Below, piece after piece: positions 1 through 8,532 of a stretch of DNA of 57,186 nucleotides. Where the stretch lies: positions 1 to 57,186 of the IMG/VR virus record IMGVR_UViG_3300012201_000004; one strand, written 5' to 3'. Source of the DNA: a virus. Taxonomy: Duplodnaviria > Caudoviricetes. Position numbers and translations under genes: made by a program. Within the stretch, counting starts at the first letter, position 1. Each line of letters begins with the position of its first letter. Below the pieces are notes generated by a model that saw only the letters and a program-made list of their open reading frames with translations, did not search any database and was not told the DNA's origin.

Positions 1-149
1 GAGACACTAGCAGTAGAACACAAGGCACGTTCGCACGGAGCGAGATAGCAGCGTAAGAGTCTTTCTTGATTGAGAGACGCGCATTCATCCCACCTCACGG
101 TCGGATTGCTTCTCATCGCACGCTCAGGTAAGACGGGCAAGCCTTTCTC

Positions 150-301
150 ACGGTACCGTAGGGCATACGGGAACCGACACGGTTGCCCGTGTACAACGCT
201 TCTGGACATGCGGGCCTCTACTTTCTGGATAGCACTATTCAGTGAGCAAGTCTCATGGATGAAGGAAGAATTCCCCTGCTTTTTAAGCGGGGAAATGTCA
301 A
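150..301 (+). mobile_element. IS200/IS605 (or IS607) tnpB 3'-end remnant with right-end RNA (reRNA/omegaRNA) scaffold, no TnpB ORF
   Basis: Encodes degenerate TnpB C-terminal words GTVGHTGT, NASG and QVSWMKEEFPCF, and ends in the hairpin CCCCTGCT-TTTTA-AGCGGGG followed by AAATGTCAA, typical of a right end. No RuvC or Zn-finger coding sequence lies upstream. Confidence 0.7.
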
Positions 302-396
302 TATACCTCCTGGTATAAAATGACATTCCCCTTCAGGCTACAACGAAGTGAGGCGTGATAGGTAATAGTGAGGTACATGTGTGCTACACGCAACGC

Positions 397-435
397 ATAA
401 TGAGGGGATAGTCGTTTTGACTATCCCCTCATTAT
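397..435. terminator. Perfect 17-bp inverted repeat, likely terminator
   Basis: ATAATGAGGGGATAGTC-GTTTT-GACTATCCCCTCATTAT. Confidence 0.6.
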
Positions 436-876
436 TCTCTATCTATGCTAAGACGTGAATAAGACTTGTTTTGCGCATGGATAGTTGGTGTCCCGTTCTC
501 TGAAACTTAGACATTTAGGACAGGCCCAAATGATGTTCAGTTCCTGCATCAACGATCAGAGTTCCACTCAAAGACTGCTCTCTGAGCCAGCGCTCCAATC
601 TCAGTCAGGCGTAAATTCCGGTCGAACTGACCGTACTGACGAATGGAACTTGGTTATCATCCCATCCATAGACCTATTCTCTCACACCGTGTCAAAAGCG
701 GAGATGGGAGAGAAGTCCAGAAAAAGGAACGGATATCCCTGTTTTCAGAAACTAGTTGCTACCCCCTGAGAAGGAGCGCCGTCAAAGCGCGCTACGTGTA
801 AACTTTCTCATGTCTACTGAGACGAGCCAGCACACCAGAGGTAATACTGAGGACATCTAGGCTATGCGGGGAGTGC

Positions 877-927
877 GGACAAGAGGAGAGGCTCGGAGCA
901 ATCCACTCCGAGCCTCTCCTCTTGTCC
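877..927 (-). terminator. 22-bp perfect hairpin just downstream of the leftward operon
   Basis: GGACAAGAGGAGAGGCTCGGAG-N7-CTCCGAGCCTCTCCTCTTGTCC, 10 nt after the stop of 938..1204. Confidence 0.65.
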
Positions 928-937
928 ATGTGGCTAC

Positions 938-1204
938 TTACACGCAACGTAGCCACTCTCGATACTGCTCTACATACTCAGCTATGGCAAGCGCCTCACC
1001 AGAGCCGTACCAGATATCATCGATGACAATACCACGTCTTCCATCTGCTTCTGCTATGCAGATGGTCAAATCGCTGATCGAAGTGAGAGGCTGAGGTCTG
1101 CTTCTGGCCTCAAAGCCGATGTACGGTTTCTTCGTGATGACATAGCGCCGTGGCGGACCAGCGCCCTGGCGAGTGCCGCCGCTATGCCCTTTTGTCCCAC
1201 TCAC
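938..1204 (-). CDS. Small putative DNA-binding protein with N-terminal GGxRxGAG (AT-hook-like) arm
   Basis: MSGTKGHSGGTRQGAGPPRR; start overlaps the stop of the upstream gene. Confidence 0.6.
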   Translation of the reverse strand: MSGTKGHSGGTRQGAGPPRRYVITKKPYIGFEARSRPQPLTSISDLTICIAEADGRRGIVIDDIWYGSGEALAIAEYVEQYREWLRCV

Positions 1205-1443
1205 TTGGCACTCTCTCCATAGACATATTCCACGTCACCATCCTGGTTGTGTACCAAATGCACGGGCGGGAAACTTGCAAGCTTCTGTTGGTACTCTTCA
1301 TAGGTACAACCGCGCCGTGCATTCGCCTCTTGCTTTGCGCGCGCTGCATGCTCTGGATAGTTCGCTGCCAATGCATCCATTTCACTGTCATCGCCCCACA
1401 TTATGATGCTCATTTCTTGCTCTTTGTATTCTTCGTAGGTCAT
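1201..1443 (-). CDS. Hypothetical protein with internal TYEEYxxQ/K repeat
   Basis: SD GAGAGGA, directly downstream of a consensus promoter. Confidence 0.7.
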   Translation of the reverse strand: MTYEEYKEQEMSIIMWGDDSEMDALAANYPEHAARAKQEANARRGCTYEEYQQKLASFPPVHLVHNQDGDVEYVYGESAK

Positions 1444-1472
1444 GATCGTTATCCTCTCTTCATTGTTTTATC

Positions 1473-1511
1473 TCGCATTTGAATAATACAACAATCAAAT
1501 GCGAATGTCAA
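1473..1511 (-). promoter_or_regulatory. sigma70 promoter with inverted-repeat operator
   Basis: TTGACA-17-TATTAT on the minus strand; TCGCATTTGA-N12-TCAAATGCGA straddles the -10. Confidence 0.75.
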
Positions 1512-1523
1512 TCCTTTTCCCTA

Positions 1524-1745
1524 TCAGTTTTCGAGACGAGGGAAAATTCGTGCTATACTTCCTCTGGCGACACGGACACTTCCTGACACTAGACAATGCC
1601 ATACATCTTTTCGGGCGTTATGCCGTGATGGACGCACATTGGCGTATCCCACAAAAGATGATATCTTCCCGACCTGCTCCCGTTGCTCGTACATCTTCCG
1701 TACAAGCTCCTGCACCTCGGGATGGTTCTCTGGCAAGTAGTTCAT
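1524..1745 (-). CDS. Hypothetical protein
   Basis: ORF in the leftward early region; weak SD, and an antisense TGCTATACT promoter overlaps it. Confidence 0.35.
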   Translation of the reverse strand: MNYLPENHPEVQELVRKMYEQREQVGKISSFVGYANVRPSRHNARKDVWHCLVSGSVRVARGSIARIFPRLEN

Positions 1746-1927
1746 AAAACTACTACAACTGCTGTATAGGATGCTTTGGGCAGTAGCAGTAAAAGCAATT
1801 CTTCACTAAATGCTGCCGATCTGGCGGTACCTGTTCTAATGGGACAATCTGGCGTCTTTTCATTCCTGTGATCTATCCCCTTGCGCTCCATCTTCCCTTG
1901 CCACGGCGGGGTTGATCAATCGGCTTG

Positions 1928-2146
1928 TCAGGTGCATCGGCAAAGCCGTTTGCGAGGGGCGTCGCTATTCTGTTGTGCAAGAGCGGGTGGAGCGCAAGGA
2001 AACAACGCAGCAAGGAGCGCCGCGTCCTGGTCCGCCTGGTGCTGTTGTCGCCAGTAGGCTTGTCTATGCGCGTCGTTACAATATTCCCGTTGGCGATGCC
2101 CGCCCGGTTTCTCTTCCACTGGCTGGCCACAAAACTTACAATTCAT
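1928..2146 (-). CDS. Zn-finger DNA-binding protein (CxxC...YCxxxH), C-terminus possibly frameshifted
   Basis: MNCKFCGQPVEEKPGGHRQREYCNDAHRQAYWRQ; SD GAGAGGG; upstream TTGTAA-17-TACGAT promoter with TGT(A/C)ACGCTT direct repeats. Confidence 0.6.
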   Translation of the reverse strand: MNCKFCGQPVEEKPGGHRQREYCNDAHRQAYWRQQHQADQDAALLAALFPCAPPALAQQNSDAPRKRLCRCT

Positions 2147-2256
2147 TGCTTGCTTCCCTCTCTTCAATCGTTTGTAACGCTTCAATCGTATCATGGTTGT
2201 GTCACGCTTACAAGGCAAAGAAAAGAGCGCCACTCCGAAGAGTGACGCCCGTCCTT

Positions 2257-2517
2257 CTACCAATTGGCCGGATCGCCTTTTTCAGCGCCCTTTGCCATTT
2301 CTTCATATTCCTTGAATAGCTGGTTTTTGCGCTCCTGCTCTCGTTGGGCAATGGCAGCATTCCAGCCTCTCAAGAAGTCTGCGCGCCGCTCGCCCGTGTA
2401 GAGGCCGACGCGCACGGACTCTTGCTCTGCTGTCGTCTCATGCCACCAGTCCCAGGACCGCGCTGCTATAGAGCCTGCGAGGTAGGGATCGGTGCGCGCC
2501 AGTGCGTTGTCGGTCAT
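2257..2517 (-). CDS. Hypothetical phage protein
   Basis: Coupled ATGA overlap with the upstream ORF; contains FLRGWNAA motif. Confidence 0.65.
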   Translation of the reverse strand: MTDNALARTDPYLAGSIAARSWDWWHETTAEQESVRVGLYTGERRADFLRGWNAAIAQREQERKNQLFKEYEEMAKGAEKGDPANW

Positions 2518-3005
2518 GGCCTGCGCTCCCCCTTGACCAGGCCGACCTCATAGAGTGAGGTGTAGAACTCTATGAGGCTCTTGCTGTACGGCCCACGCCA
2601 GAATAACTCAACGGCGTCAATGATGGCCTGAGACTGCACTTCTGTGAGCGCGTCGATGCGTGCCAGGAATGCCGCCTGGTCTACATCGTAGCCGTGAACC
2701 ATTGCACCTGCTATATTGCCGTGCAGCGTGCCAGGAGTGCAGCGTACGCCGTTGAGCGCGTCACACAAGAGGAGCGCTTCAGCTTCTGTGAACTCTGGTA
2801 TGTCGTCGTCGTCGTACAGCGGTACTTTTTGCGGCCATGACGGAGCCGATTCAGGATGCATCAGCGCGACCAGATCGCCTCGGCGGTGATCGATCCAATC
2901 ACCGAGCAGGAGCGCGTCCTCTGGCGAGAGGGAGATGGTGTGTCCATGCATGTCCGTAATCTCGAACGTGTCGCCTTCTGTGGTAGTGATGTGTTCTAGT
3001 TTCAT
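2514..3005 (-). CDS. Hypothetical phage protein
   Basis: Strong SD GGAAAGGAAG, 163 aa, FTEAEALLLCDALNG motif. Confidence 0.7.
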   Translation of the reverse strand: MKLEHITTTEGDTFEITDMHGHTISLSPEDALLLGDWIDHRRGDLVALMHPESAPSWPQKVPLYDDDDIPEFTEAEALLLCDALNGVRCTPGTLHGNIAGAMVHGYDVDQAAFLARIDALTEVQSQAIIDAVELFWRGPYSKSLIEFYTSLYEVGLVKGERRP

Positions 3006-3033
3006 TTGCTTCCTTTCCTTTCCTGCCTTGGCG

Positions 3034-3240
3034 CTACTGTCTCTTGAGCGATTCGCATAGCGCTACGAAATCTTCATAGCTCATCTCTGGCAAGACTTCC
3101 ATCTCAAATGTCTCACCCGTTTCATCGTCAGTCAATGACTGGCCATCTAGCGTTTCCTTAATCTCCTGATGAAATCTCTGCATTTGTTCTTGGCGTTCGT
3201 TGTCCTGATTGTTGCCGAAAAGTTTGCTGAATAGGCCCAT
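3034..3240 (-). CDS. Hypothetical protein (MGLFSKLFG amphipathic start)
   Basis: SD GAAAGGAAG before the ATG at 3240. Confidence 0.65.
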   Translation of the reverse strand: MGLFSKLFGNNQDNERQEQMQRFHQEIKETLDGQSLTDDETGETFEMEVLPEMSYEDFVALCESLKRQ

Positions 3241-3344
3241 TGTTTGCTTCCTTTCTTGAATGGCGTATAGGAGCGCTCCTAACGTTCCTATACGCGTTAC
3301 ACTACTGCATGATAAGATAGTTTTCCTGATACCATCCCGATACA

Positions 3345-3542
3345 CTAACGTGCGGTATCTGCCTCAGTCTCATCGTTTGGAACAAAGCGCCTGACATACG
3401 ACGACACCGCGTCGAACTGATCTATCGCGTGTGTCAGCACGAGCTGCTGTAAGTGTTCAGGAAGTGCGTTGATACGCTGTTGCTCGTAGAGATCGTCAAG
3501 GGTTGTGTCGTCGGTCATCTGCTCAGGAGGCGTAATCTTCAT
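3345..3542 (-). CDS. Hypothetical protein
   Basis: SD GGAGG, overlaps the upstream stop. Confidence 0.6.
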   Translation of the reverse strand: MKITPPEQMTDDTTLDDLYEQQRINALPEHLQQLVLTHAIDQFDAVSSYVRRFVPNDETEADTAR

Positions 3543-3733
3543 AGCGTCCTCCCATGATAGATGTTATCCGCATCGTTGGCGGACACCAGCCCCTCCTGGT
3601 AGAATGCGCCCAACAGCGCGATCTCGTCGGCGTCTTCCTTGTCGCTACAATTCGGGTCCGTGCAAAACCTGTGCTCGCTGTGGTTGTCAGGGTTACGCGG
3701 GTCGGTGGCGCTCTCGTATTCTGGAACGATCAT
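3539..3733 (-). CDS. Small acidic Cys/His protein
   Basis: SD AAGGAG; HxxxHxxCxxxxC. Confidence 0.6.
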   Translation of the reverse strand: MIVPEYESATDPRNPDNHSEHRFCTDPNCSDKEDADEIALLGAFYQEGLVSANDADNIYHGRTL

Positions 3734-3802
3734 ATGCTATACTCCTTGTTATGCAAAGCCTACTTCGTGGGAACTTGGGAGGCTTTGCCGCTTAGCTATG
3801 GC

Positions 3803-3890
3803 GGTCGGTATTTCCAGTACCGACCGTTTATCGTTTCCTCCACAATCTAGGAGGCGTCTACCAGCCAGCAATGAACCGACTGGCACCCGT
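3803..3890 (-). repeat. Copy A of duplicated multi-hairpin leader RNA motif
   Basis: Minus strand CCTCC-TAGATTGT-GGAGG, A-rich linker, GGTCGGTA-CTGGAAA-TACCGACC; matches 4118-4200. Confidence 0.65.
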
Positions 3891-3902
3891 CTACTAACTG
3901 CA

Positions 3903-4088
3903 CTACTCTTCGTCAGGCTGGACCTGAGCCACTTTGACCAACTTCGCCAACGTCTGATCAGTCCAGCCTATGTACTGACGACTGAACTCTTCAGCCGCCT
4001 CTTTCTTGGAAGTCGCTTCCACTGGATAGGTCACTTCTTTGTCAGTGCCCTGTGCGAACGTGACTTCGTACTGTTTCTGCGTTGCCAT
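3903..4088 (-). CDS. Small hypothetical protein (VEATSKKEA motif)
   Basis: SD AAAGGAG; common small phage protein pattern. Confidence 0.7.
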   Translation of the reverse strand: MATQKQYEVTFAQGTDKEVTYPVEATSKKEAAEEFSRQYIGWTDQTLAKLVKVAQVQPDEE

Positions 4089-4117
4089 GATGTTGCTCCT
4101 TTGTGTTTGTGTGAGTT

Positions 4118-4200
4118 GGTCGGTATTTCAGCACCGGCCTTTTCTTTTGCCTCTCACAATCCGAGAGGCACTGACGTACCGACGTGAGCCGATACACCAG
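4118..4200 (-). repeat. Copy B of duplicated multi-hairpin leader RNA motif
   Basis: Minus strand GCCTCTC-GGATTGT-GAGAGGC, A-rich linker, GGCCGGTG-CTGAAA-TACCGACC. Confidence 0.65.
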
Positions 4201-4203
4201 GGT

Positions 4204-5037
4204 CTATCGACTGTCGCGCTGTACCGATTCTCTATAGATGCGTGCAAAATGCGCATCTGATGTTTCCAAATCTAAGAGAAAACGTGGAAAGCGGTCACCC
4301 TCCTGCTTTGGTTGCTCAATAAACCCCAATGCCCGACACAACTTTTTCCCATCATCCTCATCTGACACCGCATAGAGCCGTCGAATAACAATGTGTCGCT
4401 CTGCCAATTCTCCGAGGAAATCAATAAAACCAGATATGAGACGAAATCCGAAGCGTCGGGTGTGCTTCTCCACATCGGGTCTTACAGCGATGCCGATGTA
4501 CAAATCGTAGGCTCTCCCTGGCTTGTATGCTAAGTAGTCCTGTGGCGTCATATCCCACGAACGCCGTTTGCCGCTCATGATATCTTCTAATGCATCAGGC
4601 TTGAACGGAGCTGCATGGATGTAGCCAGCGATTTCACCATGAAACAGTACCACGTAGTCTAGATAGGGGTTGACGACGTACCATTCTCGTCTCTGCTCTG
4701 GCGTCGTCGTTTGCCATCCTAGCACGGCAAGAACATGTACAATGCCCTCAGCATCTTCAGGTAAAGCTGTGCGTGTCTCTGTCTCTGGCTCCTCTACTGT
4801 AGTCGTATGCAGATACAAAGCCATCTCATTAGCCAATCGATCTATTTCCCTTCTTTCATAATAACCTTCTACTTTCAGAGGCGGCACATATTTCTTGATT
4901 CGACCTTGCCGCACAAGGTAGCTGAAAGCAGAGGGTGTCATTCCTAGTCGCTCACGTGCCTGCTTGGCCGTGTAGTATCCTTGTGGCGCACGTTTCGGTC
5001 CCCCACCGGTCTTTTTTCTCTTCGGTTTTTCTGACAT
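4204..5037 (-). CDS. HTH (MerR/excisionase-like) plus GNAT-fold protein, candidate regulator or repressor
   Basis: YYTAKQARERLGMTPSAFSYLVRQGRI HTH; C-terminal GNAT pattern LYIGIAVRPD...FGFRLI...GKKLCRALGF. Confidence 0.75.
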   Translation of the reverse strand: MSEKPKRKKTGGGPKRAPQGYYTAKQARERLGMTPSAFSYLVRQGRIKKYVPPLKVEGYYERREIDRLANEMALYLHTTTVEEPETETRTALPEDAEGIVHVLAVLGWQTTTPEQRREWYVVNPYLDYVVLFHGEIAGYIHAAPFKPDALEDIMSGKRRSWDMTPQDYLAYKPGRAYDLYIGIAVRPDVEKHTRRFGFRLISGFIDFLGELAERHIVIRRLYAVSDEDDGKKLCRALGFIEQPKQEGDRFPRFLLDLETSDAHFARIYRESVQRDSR

Positions 5038-5046
5038 CTAACCCCC

Positions 5047-5116
5047 TTGACAGCGTGTGAAACCTGTGATATGTTTGACACATAAGAAATGTAACATACC
5101 GAATGGAGGATGTCAA
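5047..5116. promoter_or_regulatory. Face-to-face sigma70 promoter pair (switch region)
   Basis: Rightward TTGACA(5047)-17-TATGTT with TG extension; leftward TTGACA(5116)-17-TACATT. Confidence 0.7.
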
Positions 5117-5555
5117 GTCAGGTACCCCCGCTTAAAAAGCAGGGGGCTTGTAAGTAGGGCCGACTTCTAGCCGTCTCTTGCAAGCCCTGGACCTGACCAG
5201 ACTTAGTTTGCACGTACAGCCTGGAACAATCAGTCTGGTGCAAGCTACCTTACCGGCGAAATAGGTACGTCAGAATACGAGGCCAGTTCTGACCTCTACG
5301 GCATATGGTTAAACAGAGAAACGGGGTCTACTCAGTGCTGTATGCGTTAAACCGTCGGATAAGTTTGTCGAGGCCACCTTTACTTTGTGCGGAAAAGGGC
5401 TGGTTGAGCCATATTCTCAACCAGAGAAAGAGCACCGCACATGCTTCTTTCTCCCCCGTAAGGGGATGGTATTGGCACAAGGCGCGCGCAGCAGAGTGTG
5501 CGCCTTGCATTCCTCCCCTGGCTGAAGCCGTAGGGCTTCCTGAAAGGAAAATCCT
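5117..5555 (+). mobile_element. Non-autonomous IS200/IS605 element carrying a standalone IscB-type omegaRNA (HEARO)
   Basis: GTCAGGTACCCCCG..GGGGGCTTG start, ACCAGACT, ATAGGTACGTCAGAATAC..CCAGTTCTGACCTCTAC, TTAAACAG, TTGTCGAGGCCACCTTTAC, far end CATTCCTCCCCTGGCTGAAGCC..GGGCTTCC; no IscB ORF. Confidence 0.8.
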
Positions 5556-5810
5556 GTGATCGATGCCTATAGGAGAGGCTATCAATCTGGCAGTGAAGCA
5601 TCACACAAAGATCCTCAACTGCGCCTCTTGTCTGAGGAGGCAGTGAGTGATATTGCTCACCGCGTCTTTGCTGGCATGATGAAGCAAGGCTTTGCACACA
5701 TTGAACCAAAGTCGGACTTTATCGTGGGTTTCGTAGAAGGCGTTCAGATATCTTTCCTCCATCAAAATTTCTGTAGCGCGTCAGTAGTATCAAGACGGCT
5801 AACCATGTAG
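5556..5810 (+). CDS. Hypothetical protein
   Basis: GTG start immediately after the element end; AYRRGY and FIVGFVEG motifs. Confidence 0.55.
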   Translation: MIDAYRRGYQSGSEASHKDPQLRLLSEEAVSDIAHRVFAGMMKQGFAHIEPKSDFIVGFVEGVQISFLHQNFCSASVVSRRLTM

Positions 5811-5853
5811 TGAGCATGATTAGCCCTACCAACCAGAAAGGACATAACCCCTT

Positions 5854-6219
5854 ATGGCAAGCATTACCACTATACAACCAGCCACTGCGCCACTAGAGCG
5901 CGAGCAACCAAACACCCTAGAGAACGTTTGTCCCACCGAGGAGAGCGCCGCTCGCTTGTTCGCCATCGTACACGGACTCTGGCCGGTGACGCTCGCCTCC
6001 ATTCGTACCCTGATCGCGCTAGAGGATCAGGCCATACGCACACAACAGGCGAGCGCGCGCAGGGAGCGAGATGCGTCGATACGAGCGCTGGATCATGGGA
6101 CGCGTGGCGCGTGCGCGAAGATGTGTGGATCGGACTATTGCGACACATTCGGGTGCATGCTCGATCAGTCTCCACCGCTAGAGGGTGATCGTACTCCGTC
6201 GGGAGGAGGTACGCAGTGA
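5854..6219 (+). CDS. Hypothetical protein with C-terminal Cys cluster
   Basis: SD GAAAGGA; CAKMCGSDYCDTFGC. Confidence 0.6.
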   Translation: MASITTIQPATAPLEREQPNTLENVCPTEESAARLFAIVHGLWPVTLASIRTLIALEDQAIRTQQASARRERDASIRALDHGTRGACAKMCGSDYCDTFGCMLDQSPPLEGDRTPSGGGTQ

Positions 6220-6668
6220 GTACTACCGCGCCGCTTGATCGTCCTGATCGCTTTCATAGCTACACGCTAGAGGTGCTCCCGCCCGACTCACGTTTGTGGA
6301 TTGATCGTCAAACGCAAGTGGTCATCCTCATCGACGGGGATGGCCGGATCGTGAACCTGGAAATCCTGACGGGTTCTGAATGGTTGCTCATGATTACGCT
6401 GCTAGCAGAGATCCCGCCATTCTGTACGTACGAGAAGCTCTACGCGTCCTTCTTTGGCATGGATTTTGAGCAGTCGCAAGAGCAACTACACGACGCGTGG
6501 GGTTCACCCGCGTGGGATCTCATGATGAAACCGATCCGCAATATCCTCTCAAGGTTGCGTATCAAGATGCGCTCGTTTGGCTTCGAGATCTCAAATATTA
6601 GCGAGATCGGTTATACCTTCGTTCGTGCTGGACGGCGGTATATGACGAACGCGGAGGGGGAGTCATGA
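6216..6668 (+). CDS. OmpR/PhoB-type winged-helix DNA-binding domain protein
   Basis: LTGSEWLLMITL...IRNILSRLRIKM...ISNISEIGY; SD GGAGGAGG. Confidence 0.7.
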   Translation: MSTTAPLDRPDRFHSYTLEVLPPDSRLWIDRQTQVVILIDGDGRIVNLEILTGSEWLLMITLLAEIPPFCTYEKLYASFFGMDFEQSQEQLHDAWGSPAWDLMMKPIRNILSRLRIKMRSFGFEISNISEIGYTFVRAGRRYMTNAEGES

Positions 6669-6952
6669 TCATTCTCAATCCCGCCCTCTATCAAACGTGC
6701 CAGGTGGCCTTCTTCGTGTGCGGTGGTATGGCGTTGTCGATTGCGCTGTATCTGTTCGTTGAGTGGTGGAATGCGTTCACAGCGCATCCACCCGTTCGTG
6801 CCACTGTCCCCGTAGCGATGGGTCCGTATATCGTGAGTCGTGGCCGCCGTACGAGACGGCGCGACTATTTGACGGCTGGACGATTGCAGTGTGACTTGCA
6901 TAGGATGCGCATACTGCAACGTCAACTCAGCCTGCGAGGGATAGTGGCATGA
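6665..6952 (+). CDS. Small membrane protein with basic tail
   Basis: One TM segment, Arg-rich C-terminus, translationally coupled. Confidence 0.55.
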   Translation: MIILNPALYQTCQVAFFVCGGMALSIALYLFVEWWNAFTAHPPVRATVPVAMGPYIVSRGRRTRRRDYLTAGRLQCDLHRMRILQRQLSLRGIVA

Positions 6953-8532
6953 AGAACGACACAAAAGCGGCCATCTTCGCCGCGCTCACCATCATCGGTG
7001 GCGTCGCGGTTGCCATGCTCAGCTTTTTCTACGGACGCTACATTCTCTACGGGCTTGGTGTGATCCTTGCCATTCTGCTAGTCAAGCTCGTAGTAGTGCC
7101 AATGCATGACATCCGCGCACAGACGGCGCTCCAACGGGCGGAGGCCAAGAAGATACGCGCTGAGGCCAAACGAATACACAGAGAGACGCGCATTTTGAGC
7201 GAGTTGCATGATCAGAATATGGAGAGCTTTCCATCAGTCTTCTTCCACAAGCCTGATACGAATGGCAATTTTGCGCTCCCGATCGGTCGTGATGGCCGTC
7301 TCGTTACGCACCTCTTGCCTGGGAATACGGCGACTGGCAATGGTGGCATCCCACCGAAGATGGTGCTGGACTATCTCCAACAGCAGAATACGGTGGAGGG
7401 GGAAATCTGGGAAGAAGACGAAGAAGAGGAGCAGCAGCAGATTGCCCGCCCGAAGATCCTGCTGTCTCAGCAGATTGAGCAGGGTCTCACATCCTGGGGG
7501 GAAGAGGAAAGTGTCTTTGGCTACCCGATCGATACCTATGAGCCGTTCTGTGTACCGCTCTTCAAGAAAGAGGGCAATTTCATCGATAGCCTGATGGTCA
7601 TTGGTATGCAGGGACAAGGGAAAAGCACAATAGGAACCTACTTTGCCGGGTTGACGGTCAATCATGGCGGTCACTTGCTCCTGATTGATCCTGACGCGCA
7701 AGAGGATCAGAGTTTGAGCAATCGCCTGGGTCCGCTCAAATCGTTCTTACTCATGGAGGTTGCCGATACTCCTGAGAAAGCGGAGCGCCTTTTGAGGTTG
7801 GCAGAAGACGAGATCGATACGCCGTCAGACTTTCCTCTGTTGCTCTTGGTCGATGAGTTCTCCATGATCATGCGGCACAAGCAACTCAAAGGCAAGTGGC
7901 AAGAAGTCGCTGATATGGTGGCAAATACCGTTGAGAACTATGCGACTCGCGGAAGAAAGCGTCGTCGTCGCGCTATCGTGTTTGGGCAAATTAGCAATGC
8001 CACACGGACAGGTGGAACGGAGCTGCGTGATAGTTGCGCCTATATCATTTTCAATACGCCACTGAGGAAAGCGGCGCTGGTCCTGCAAGACGCCAGCGAC
8101 GAGGACATAGAGACGTTAGCTCCTTCATTAACACCAGGAATGGCGATTGTCTCACCTGCGAAGAGTAGCGATACGTACATCATGCAGTTCACCTTCCCCG
8201 ATGATCAGGGATTGCAGATCATTGCAGAAGTACGTAGTGAGAGCGATGAACTTGAGGGTTCAAGTCACGTTCAAGATACGTTCACTGATGGGCTTAGTAC
8301 CGACACGGTTCACGAACGTTCAGAACTGTTGAACGTTGATGAACTGGCTCTACAGGCCGACGTTCGCAAAGTGCGCAATCTCTATGGGAAACAGAACCAG
8401 GACGAAATAATCTATATGCTGTGGGGTGCTCGTAAGGGTGGCACGAAACGGTATCAAGAAGCACGTACGCGCTATCAAGCTATAGCGATGTTTATTGAGA
8501 CGGGACAATGGCCGGATGTGAGGCAGGCATAG
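6949..8532 (+). CDS. Membrane-anchored FtsK/HerA-superfamily ATPase (TraB-like DNA translocase)
   Basis: 2 N-terminal TMs, Walker A GMQGQGKS, LLLIDP, Walker B LLLVDE, RGRKR and GQ motifs, C-terminal helical domain. Confidence 0.75.
   Translation: MKNDTKAAIFAALTIIGGVAVAMLSFFYGRYILYGLGVILAILLVKLVVVPMHDIRAQTALQRAEAKKIRAEAKRIHRETRILSELHDQNMESFPSVFFHKPDTNGNFALPIGRDGRLVTHLLPGNTATGNGGIPPKMVLDYLQQQNTVEGEIWEEDEEEEQQQIARPKILLSQQIEQGLTSWGEEESVFGYPIDTYEPFCVPLFKKEGNFIDSLMVIGMQGQGKSTIGTYFAGLTVNHGGHLLLIDPDAQEDQSLSNRLGPLKSFLLMEVADTPEKAERLLRLAEDEIDTPSDFPLLLLVDEFSMIMRHKQLKGKWQEVADMVANTVENYATRGRKRRRRAIVFGQISNATRTGGTELRDSCAYIIFNTPLRKAALVLQDASDEDIETLAPSLTPGMAIVSPAKSSDTYIMQFTFPDDQGLQIIAEVRSESDELEGSSHVQDTFTDGLSTDTVHERSELLNVDELALQADVRKVRNLYGKQNQDEIIYMLWGARKGGTKRYQEARTRYQAIAMFIETGQWPDVRQA

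Noticed and set aside
70-860. ORFs 70..318 and 485..769
   Set aside because: No SD or motifs; the first merely reads through the tnpB remnant. A faint IS-end-like CATTCATCCCACC at about 82 is too degenerate to call.
3746-3800. GCAAAGCCTCC stem as a c-di-GMP riboswitch
   Set aside because: Only a short word matches; the two-stem GEMM architecture is absent.
5305-5709. ORFs overlapping the omegaRNA as IscB
   Set aside because: No PLMP, RuvC or HNH motifs; better explained as ncRNA.
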